Of a stretch of DNA of 64,000 bases, positions 57,538-64,000 are shown piece by piece (position 1 is the stretch's first letter; every line of letters starts with the position of its first letter). Made by a program: the position numbers and the translations under genes. Below the pieces are notes generated by a model. It ran no database searches. It worked only from the letters and a program-made list of their open reading frames with translations, and was not told the origin of the DNA. Source of the DNA: a virus; the IMG/VR virus record IMGVR_UViG_3300044641_004856, positions 1-64,000 of that record. The stretch is one strand, 5' to 3'.

Positions 57538-58017
57538 ATGGCTGGATTGCGTAGCGATGATGAGATTGAAAAAGCATTTGCGGATTTGAAATACAAGCCT
57601 GGTTCTAAACAACAAAGACGGGCTATAAATCCAGAAGTTTCTAAAAAACGAAAGGCTAAAGAAGAATCTCCTTGGGATTCTTTAGCCATAAAGAAACAAC
57701 TGAATGGAAAAGAAACAGAGGTTTTCACGATTGGTGCTATGGCTCAAGCATTAGAAAAGAGCATCATTAGTATCAGGTCGTGGGAAAAACGAGGGTATCT
57801 ACCGAGAGCACCTTATCGTTTGCGGTCCAAAACTCTTAACGGAGTAAAAGTTGCAGGCAATAGGGTCTACACAAGAAGACTCATAGAAATAACTATTGAA
57901 GAGTTCTCCAAAAGAGGGCTTTTAGGAGTTTCTCGTGTAGAATGGTCTAAGCACCATGATTTAACTATTGCGATAACTTCGCGGTGGAAAGAACATGTTG
58001 CTAACGAGAGTCAGTAG
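57538..58017 (+). CDS. MerR-like HTH DNA-binding protein
   Basis: FTIGAMAQALEKSIISIRSWEKRGYLP...NRVYT. Confidence 0.75.
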   Translation: MAGLRSDDEIEKAFADLKYKPGSKQQRRAINPEVSKKRKAKEESPWDSLAIKKQLNGKETEVFTIGAMAQALEKSIISIRSWEKRGYLPRAPYRLRSKTLNGVKVAGNRVYTRRLIEITIEEFSKRGLLGVSRVEWSKHHDLTIAITSRWKEHVANESQ

Positions 58018-58060
58018 ACCTCAAATCCAACCGAGAGCGTAAGCCTCATAACCGAAAGAA
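58006..58060 (+). promoter_or_regulatory. Tandem bulged-A hairpins upstream of ssb (candidate translational operator)
   Basis: GAG-a-GTC-agta-GAC-CTC and GAG-a-GC-gtaa-GC-CTC. Confidence 0.5.
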
Positions 58061-58064
58061 GAAC

Positions 58065-58715
58065 ATGTCAATAACCAATCCAACAGTAAATGCTGCATCG
58101 TATTTAGATGTAGATAACGAAGATGCAACACCAAAAGTCGGAACAACCGTTCAATCTGGTTGGGATTCAGCCGATGCCCTATTACGTCAAGACACAACAG
58201 AGTTCCCAACTGATTTTAAATTCAGTGAAGAACCTCAACTTATTAAATTCCTAGAAGACGGTCCATTCCGTGTGTATGAACAGCACTGGATTGAACGAAC
58301 TGGGAAAAAGTCATTTGTTGCTTTAGAAACCGATGACCCCTTTACAGATTTACTTGGAAGCAAACCAAGAGCACGTTTTGCGTTTAACGTTATTGCATTG
58401 AGTGGTGACACACACACCGTTCAAATCCTTACCGCTCCTCCTTCATTTGCACGTCAAATTCGTCGTGCACACGAAGATGAGAGAAAGGGACCTCTAAGTA
58501 AAGAGTTTTGGGAAGTTTCTCGAATGGGAAATGGTCCAACTACTCAATACACTTTAAATTATGTACGTGGTCGTGACTTGGAAGAGGAATGGAATCTCAG
58601 CCTCGAATCAGTTAACGCCATTTTAAAAGATGCTGTTTGTTTTACACCTGACGTTATCAAGGAGACACCTCGAGAAGAGATGTTAAAAATTGCCCGTGAA
58701 GTAGCAGGCGCATAA
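58065..58715 (+). CDS. Single-stranded DNA-binding protein (phage type)
   Basis: IKFLEDGPF..YEQHW, FAFNV and SRMGNGPTTQY motifs; lies just before the polymerase. Confidence 0.65.
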   Translation: MSITNPTVNAASYLDVDNEDATPKVGTTVQSGWDSADALLRQDTTEFPTDFKFSEEPQLIKFLEDGPFRVYEQHWIERTGKKSFVALETDDPFTDLLGSKPRARFAFNVIALSGDTHTVQILTAPPSFARQIRRAHEDERKGPLSKEFWEVSRMGNGPTTQYTLNYVRGRDLEEEWNLSLESVNAILKDAVCFTPDVIKETPREEMLKIAREVAGA

Positions 58716-58727
58716 CTTACTGAATAA

Positions 58728-58757
58728 GGGGAGTCTGTGCCGTCACACAGACTCCCC
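58728..58757 (+). terminator. Strong stem-loop between ssb and polA (terminator/attenuator or stabiliser)
   Basis: GGGGAGTCTGTG-ccgtca-CACAGACTCCCC; weak T tract. Confidence 0.6.
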
Positions 58758-58778
58758 ACTTCTATAACAAGGGGCATT

Positions 58779-60791
58779 ATGAATATCATTACAACGGCTA
58801 TTGCTTTACAGGAAATGGTCGATTACTACTTAGACCAACCTGCTTTTGCTTTTGACGTAGAAACAGTTGGACCTGATGACTTTTCTCGCCTTCATCCCAT
58901 GCTAAATGAAATCACTTGGATTTCTTTTGCTACAGAAGGACGTGTTGATGTTATTCCAATGGGACACCCAAATGGAGAGTTTTTGCACTGGAATAAACCT
59001 TTATTAAGTTCTGCACAGGCTAGAGCAGATGAGGGCTTAGAAATCCGTGAACAAGATTTTTCAAGACGTGAAACAAGTTGGACCCCAGTATTTGATGTTC
59101 CACCAGAACAACTATTACCAGGAGAAGTTTTTGCAGCCTTAAAACCTTTAATGTTTAGCGATAAACTAAAAATTGGCCATAACTTAAAATTTGATTTAAA
59201 GGCTATAGCCAAATATTACCGTGGAGTTGTTTGTTCCAAACCTTACTTTGACACTTTGATGGCTGCTTTTATTATCGATAACAGAACAAAAAACGGCTTA
59301 TCTTTAGATGCTTGTGCTGCTCGTGAACTTGGCATAGAGGTCACTAAAGGAATTGGAAAAGCAGTTGAGCGTCATTCTTTTAGCGATGTTGCTAACTACG
59401 CTGGAATTGATGCAGAAACAACTTGGAAATTATACAAAGCGTATGAACCTAGACTAAAAGATTACAACTTACTTACAGTATGGCGTTTAGAGATGGACTT
59501 GCTTCTAGTTCTTGCAGACATGGAACTAACTGGAGCACACATGGACGAAAATGAGTTAAGTCTTTTAGCAAAAAGGTTAGAAAAAGACTTAATTGAAGTT
59601 ACTGGTAACGCTTACCGATTAGCGGGAAAAGAGTTTGCATTGAACTCAATTCCTGAAAAACAAGCCTTGTTATTTACACCTAAATCCGAAGGCGGACGAG
59701 GAATTAGACCAAATACTAAGATTAAGATTGCTCTAACTCCTAAAGGACTAGAGGCTTCAAAGAAGGGTGAAGAGTTAACAACTCGTCATTACTCAACTAG
59801 TGCAGAAGCACTCGAGTATTACAGAGAAAAAGACCCTTTAGTTGCAGAGATTTTAAAATATCAAGATTTAAATAAGATAATGACAACTTACGTAACTCCC
59901 TATACAGGGGGTGAAATTACGAGAACCACGGCTGGTAAGTCTAAAACTTCTGAAAAGCACAGTTTGCTAGTCAATGGAAAAGTTCATACAAACTTTAAAT
60001 CTCATGGAGCCGAGACTGGTCGTTTTTCCAGTAGTGAACCAAATTTACAAAACATTCCAACCGATGGAGCCTACGGTAAGTTAATTAGAAATCTATTTAT
60101 TGCTCCTCCAGGACATAAGTTAGTAGTTGCTGACTACTCACAAATTGAACCAAGAATTATCGCTTCTTTTTCTAAAGACCCTGAGTTCGTAAAAAACTAC
60201 TTAGACGGAGGAGACATTTACACAACCATTGGAGAACGAATGGGTGTAAATAGAAAAGCAGGGAAGGTTTTAGTTTTAGCAATTGCTTACGGAATTGGTC
60301 CAGAAAAAATTGCAGACCAACTTAGTTGTACTGTAAAAGAAGCACACCAACTCATGGACTTGTTTAATGATAGGTTTAGAGATATTAACCGTTATAGGCA
60401 TCAATTAATTCGCCTTGCATCACAACAACGACCTATACCTTATGTGTCTACTGTGTTAGGAAGACGACGCTATATTCCAGAGATTCTAAGTAAAGACCTT
60501 GGGCAAAAATCACGTGCCGAACGTCAAGCGTTTAACACGGTTATTCAAGGTTCGGCTGCAGACTTAATTAAACTAGCCATGGTTAGAGCACACTCATGTT
60601 TTATAAATGAGCCTACGGTTAACGTTATATTGACAGTTCATGATGAACTAGTAACAGTTACTCCCGACGCATTAGCCGAACAAGTTGGCGAAGCCATAAA
60701 AGAGTCCATGGAGGGAGTAAGATTGCCTGATATGGTGGTTCCGCTTATTGCGGATATGAAAATTGTGGAAAAGTGGGGTCAAGCAAAATGA
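58779..60791 (+). CDS. polA: Family A DNA polymerase with 3'-5' exonuclease
   Basis: FDVET, HNLKFD, TGRFSSSEPNLQNIP, ADYSQIE.R, QGSAAD and TVHDE motifs; start placed at ATG 58779. Confidence 0.95.
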   Translation: MNIITTAIALQEMVDYYLDQPAFAFDVETVGPDDFSRLHPMLNEITWISFATEGRVDVIPMGHPNGEFLHWNKPLLSSAQARADEGLEIREQDFSRRETSWTPVFDVPPEQLLPGEVFAALKPLMFSDKLKIGHNLKFDLKAIAKYYRGVVCSKPYFDTLMAAFIIDNRTKNGLSLDACAARELGIEVTKGIGKAVERHSFSDVANYAGIDAETTWKLYKAYEPRLKDYNLLTVWRLEMDLLLVLADMELTGAHMDENELSLLAKRLEKDLIEVTGNAYRLAGKEFALNSIPEKQALLFTPKSEGGRGIRPNTKIKIALTPKGLEASKKGEELTTRHYSTSAEALEYYREKDPLVAEILKYQDLNKIMTTYVTPYTGGEITRTTAGKSKTSEKHSLLVNGKVHTNFKSHGAETGRFSSSEPNLQNIPTDGAYGKLIRNLFIAPPGHKLVVADYSQIEPRIIASFSKDPEFVKNYLDGGDIYTTIGERMGVNRKAGKVLVLAIAYGIGPEKIADQLSCTVKEAHQLMDLFNDRFRDINRYRHQLIRLASQQRPIPYVSTVLGRRRYIPEILSKDLGQKSRAERQAFNTVIQGSAADLIKLAMVRAHSCFINEPTVNVILTVHDELVTVTPDALAEQVGEAIKESMEGVRLPDMVVPLIADMKIVEKWGQAK

Positions 60792-61210
60792 AGTTCTTTA
60801 AGAAGAAGAAGCAGGCTTCTTTTGATATTGACGCTTTACACGCAGAGATAATGTTTAGAATCCGTGCTTTATTTTTAGACTCTGGCATGGAAGACCCTTG
60901 GGGTATGAGTGTTATGGCTGGAACGTCTTTCACCAGTAAAGAAGTTGCAGATATGGAAGAACTAGAAAGCAAACTTCGAGTTTCAAAAATCATTCACTTA
61001 TTCCCTTTGCTTATTGCTCATGCAACTACCCTCTCAAAGGGAACAACAGAACTGCAAAGAACTAAAAATATTGAAATGCAAATGCCTGAAGAATTTTGGG
61101 ATAAGTTAGAGGAAATTCATAAAGAAGTTGCTTTTTCTGCTATCTGTGGTTCACTGGCTCAATTAGTAGATTTACAATTAATTTCAGTTGGACCAAGGAG
61201 ACCAAAATGA
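60788..61210 (+). CDS. Hypothetical protein
   Basis: ATGA overlap with polA stop. Confidence 0.65.
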   Translation: MKFFKKKKQASFDIDALHAEIMFRIRALFLDSGMEDPWGMSVMAGTSFTSKEVADMEELESKLRVSKIIHLFPLLIAHATTLSKGTTELQRTKNIEMQMPEEFWDKLEEIHKEVAFSAICGSLAQLVDLQLISVGPRRPK

Positions 61211-61584
61211 GTTCAGACTGGTGGGCAAAAAAACTACAAGGACAAGCACCTGCTGTTGGAAGACCTGACCCAACACCACCGATGCCTCCTTCGCAACAAC
61301 CTATGACACGCTATGTTGCCCCTGTAGTTCAACCCCCTGCTCCTTCTAAAGCACAAAGCGTGAATCAAACACAGCAATGTCCTGAATGCGGGTCAAACAA
61401 TTACTTAGCGGTCAACGCAAATGTCGCACCCCGTTGCTACGATTGTGGTTATCCGATTTCTCAATCAGGAAGTCGTTACGGCTCTTTAACTGGAGCACAA
61501 GTAGAGGGAACAACAAAAATGGCAGCAGGTAATGAACTCGGTAACAATTGGAATCCCCAAGGGATTATAGGAAGAGTGGATTAA
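61207..61584 (+). CDS. Zinc ribbon protein with Pro-rich N-terminus
   Basis: CPECGS...RCYDCGYP. Confidence 0.7.
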   Translation: MSSDWWAKKLQGQAPAVGRPDPTPPMPPSQQPMTRYVAPVVQPPAPSKAQSVNQTQQCPECGSNNYLAVNANVAPRCYDCGYPISQSGSRYGSLTGAQVEGTTKMAAGNELGNNWNPQGIIGRVD

Positions 61585-62597
61585 TGAACGATGAAGCAAA
61601 GAAAATCGTTGCACAACTCAACAAGAAATTTGGCAACAACGTCGTGGTTTGTGCTTCTGACATTAGGGCTGACCTTATTCCTCGCATTACCAGTGGTTCT
61701 ACTACATTGGATTACGTCCTTGGAGGAGGATTTCCAGGAAACCAGTGGAACGAATTAATTGGTGAGTCTTCTCACGGTAAAACTGCTGTTGCTTTAAAAT
61801 GTATTGCTGCTAATCAAAGACTAAATCCCGATTACACAACTGTGTGGGTTGCTGCAGAGCAATGGGTTCCCGAATACGCAGAAATGTGCGGGGTTGATGC
61901 AAGTCGCGTTATTGTTATTGAGACAAACATTATGGAAGAGGCGTATCAAGCAGTAATTGATTTTGCTGAATCCAAATCAGTAGATGCAATAGTTATTGAT
62001 TCCCTCCCAGCACTATCTCCATTACCTGAAATGGAAAAAAACATGGACGAAATGACTGTCGGTAGAGGTGCTTTGCTAACAAACAAGTTTTTTAGAGTTG
62101 TTGGTTCTGCCATGAAAAGAAGTTTAGTTGAAGACGAAAGAGCCGTATTAGGTTTGATTATTAATCAATACCGTATGAAAATTGGCGTAATGCATGGTGA
62201 CCCACGCACTACCCCTGGTGGAGAAGGTAAGAATTATGCTTTCTTTACTCGCTGTGAAGTTAGAAGAGATGAATGGATTGAGATTGGCCCTAGTGGAAAT
62301 AAAATCCGTATTGGGCAAACTATCAAGGTTCGTAGTCTAAAGAATAAAACGGCACCTCCTCAACGAGTTGCTTACTTTGATTTTTACTTTGCTCCTGGCG
62401 GTGACTGCACTCCTGGCGAATATGACTTCGCTAAAGAAATTGCAGCCATGTCAGTAGTCCACGACATTGTAGAAAGAAAAGGTGGCTGGTACTACTACGG
62501 TGAGAGAAAATGGCAAGGAAACGAGTCCTTAATCGCCAGTATTAGAGAAGAAGTCGACCTAAAAGAAGAACTGTCTAAAAAGGTATTATCATTATGA
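61584..62597 (+). CDS. recA: RecA recombinase
   Basis: GESSHGKT, IVIDSLPAL, INQYRMKIGVMHGDPRTTPGG and KNKTAPP motifs; TAATG coupling. Confidence 0.95.
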   Translation: MNDEAKKIVAQLNKKFGNNVVVCASDIRADLIPRITSGSTTLDYVLGGGFPGNQWNELIGESSHGKTAVALKCIAANQRLNPDYTTVWVAAEQWVPEYAEMCGVDASRVIVIETNIMEEAYQAVIDFAESKSVDAIVIDSLPALSPLPEMEKNMDEMTVGRGALLTNKFFRVVGSAMKRSLVEDERAVLGLIINQYRMKIGVMHGDPRTTPGGEGKNYAFFTRCEVRRDEWIEIGPSGNKIRIGQTIKVRSLKNKTAPPQRVAYFDFYFAPGGDCTPGEYDFAKEIAAMSVVHDIVERKGGWYYYGERKWQGNESLIASIREEVDLKEELSKKVLSL

Positions 62598-62914
62598 GGT
62601 CTGAGGGACAAAAACAATCTCAAAAGCACGAAAAGCGTTTAGCCAAAAAAGTTGGTGGAACACGAACTGCTGCTTCTGGGGCATTCTGGTCAAGAAAGGG
62701 AGACGTTCGTTCTAAAGAACTTTTAATTGAGCATAAGTGGACTGGTAAAAAACAGGTCACTATCAAGTCCGAAGTTCTAAAGAAGATTACGAGAGAGGCA
62801 ATACTAGATAGCCGAATACCCGTGCTCGGCTTACATTTAGATGGGGAGAACTACGTGGTTCTTCTTGAAGACGATTACTTGGAAATGAGAGAGACCGTTG
62901 AAAAGGAATCGTAA
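62594..62914 (+). CDS. Holliday junction resolvase (PD-(D/E)xK)
   Basis: HEKRLAK, ASGA...KGDV and LIEHK motifs. Confidence 0.8.
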   Translation: MRSEGQKQSQKHEKRLAKKVGGTRTAASGAFWSRKGDVRSKELLIEHKWTGKKQVTIKSEVLKKITREAILDSRIPVLGLHLDGENYVVLLEDDYLEMRETVEKES

Positions 62915-62917
62915 AGC

Positions 62918-63235
62918 ATGGATGAACCGTCTTACACATGGCGGTATAAAGCAAAGTGTCGCGGAGAAGATACTGACACCTTTTACCCACCTCGTGATAA
63001 AGAAAAGTACACAATCATTGCAGATAGAGCAAAGACGTTTTGTTTTGGAGCCACAGGGAACAAGCCCTGTCCAGTTCGTTTAAATTGTCTGTGGGATGCT
63101 GTAGAAAGGGATGAGCCACATGGAATTTGGGGAGGCCTGTCTCATCGAGAAAGAAATGCTCTAATTCGCAAATGGAAAAAGAAGTACAAAAAAACTATGT
63201 CGTTAGAACAATACATTAAAGAACTAGAGGATTAA
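62918..63235 (+). CDS. whiB: WhiB-family transcription factor
   Basis: AKC...AKTFC...CPVRLNC...GIWGGLS..ER. Confidence 0.92.
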   Translation: MDEPSYTWRYKAKCRGEDTDTFYPPRDKEKYTIIADRAKTFCFGATGNKPCPVRLNCLWDAVERDEPHGIWGGLSHRERNALIRKWKKKYKKTMSLEQYIKELED

Positions 63236-64000
63236 ATGAACGCAGAGTTAAAGAGGTTTCTAGAGGCTAAGAAGACTAACCCTAGACTTGTAGGGGATGT
63301 TGAACGGCACTTGCTTTCTAGAGCACCCGAACCACGGTCTACTACCGTCTTACACCCTTCGGAGATGGTAAAAAAAGATTGGTGTTTACGAGCCTCTTAC
63401 TTTGCATTAACTGGAGCGACTGTTAAAAAAGAAGCCCCAAACCTACGTTTGCAATCCATCTTTGATGAAGGCCATTTTATTCATCACAAATGGCAGACAT
63501 GGTTTCGAGAAATGGGTGTATTGCACGGACAGTGGCACTGCATGGTTTGTAGCAAAGAGATGTTTGCTACCTCCCCAATTGTTTGTTTAAACTGTGGTGC
63601 TAAAAGTCTGTTCTTAACTTACAGTGAAGTCACTTTGGCTGACCCTGAAACAAGAATTCAAGGTCACACAGATGGCTGGATAAAAGGTATTGGCAACGAT
63701 TGTTTAATTGAAATAAAATCAATTGGTGCAGGAACTCTACGCTTTGAAGCCCCTGACTTGTTAGCCAAGAACGAGGGAGATGTACAAAAAACGTGGCGGT
63801 CAATTAAGCGTCCGTTTAATACACATTTACTTCAAGGTCAAATTTACCTAGAACTTATGCGACGAATGCTACAGCCAGTAGACGAGATTGTTTTTCTTTA
63901 CGAGTTAAAGGCTGACCAAGATTATATGGAATTTACTATAAAAGCCGACTTTGGCATGGTTGAGGAACTATTTGAAAAAGCAAAAATAGTCTGTGCTGCG
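63236..64000 (+). CDS. Cas4-like/PD-(D/E)xK exonuclease (truncated by window end; missing from ORF track)
   Basis: Hand translation: LHPSEM...WCLR, FDEGHFIH, CxxC pairs, GHTDG, IEIKS, HLLQGQIY. Confidence 0.8.
   Translation, partial: MNAELKRFLEAKKTNPRLVGDVERHLLSRAPEPRSTTVLHPSEMVKKDWCLRASYFALTGATVKKEAPNLRLQSIFDEGHFIHHKWQTWFREMGVLHGQWHCMVCSKEMFATSPIVCLNCGAKSLFLTYSEVTLADPETRIQGHTDGWIKGIGNDCLIEIKSIGAGTLRFEAPDLLAKNEGDVQKTWRSIKRPFNTHLLQGQIYLELMRRMLQPVDEIVFLYELKADQDYMEFTIKADFGMVEELFEKAKIVCAA

Noticed and set aside
58737-58778. Longer ORF-track starts for polA (also 11776, 28525, 32163, 51340, 60773, 61548)
   Set aside because: These starts fall in hairpins or deep inside upstream genes; downstream starts fit RBS or stop-start coupling better
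63236-64000. Cas4 as evidence of a CRISPR-Cas system
   Set aside because: Solo nuclease in a RecA/resolvase context; no cas1, cas2 or array in the window

Overview
A 64 kb segment of a contractile-tailed (myovirus-type) dsDNA phage genome, with essentially all genes on the + strand. A phage WhiB, leaderless TANNNT-N6-ATG starts and a DUF2746-like lysis gene point to an actinobacterial host. GC looks low for Actinobacteria (low 40s % by eye), so a freshwater acI-like host is plausible (inference). Layout: host-surface and lysis genes (0-4 kb); small virion genes; terminase, portal, scaffold and N4-gp56-type major capsid (7.5-13.8 kb); a ~14 kb block of collagen and giant modular fibre genes plus a methyltransferase and a GT2-TPR glycosyltransferase, sitting between two neck genes (15.4-29.6 kb); Lys-rich mini-proteins; sheath, tube, chaperone, tape measure and baseplate (33-49.5 kb); then a replication/recombination module (HTH initiator, DnaC-like loader, DnaB, DnaG, SNF2, SSB, PolA, RecA, resolvase, WhiB, Cas4-like nuclease). 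Best leads: (1) a putative tip adhesin with a 26-Cys mirror-symmetric disulfide-ladder insert, next to a small Cys-cluster protein; (2) a giant fibre split across two genes in mid-domain; (3) a collagen glycosylation/methylation cassette; (4) a +1 frameshift in the tail chaperone; (5) several structured RNA elements, including an antisense ncRNA candidate and a tandem bulged-A operator before ssb. All family names are from motif recognition, not database searches.
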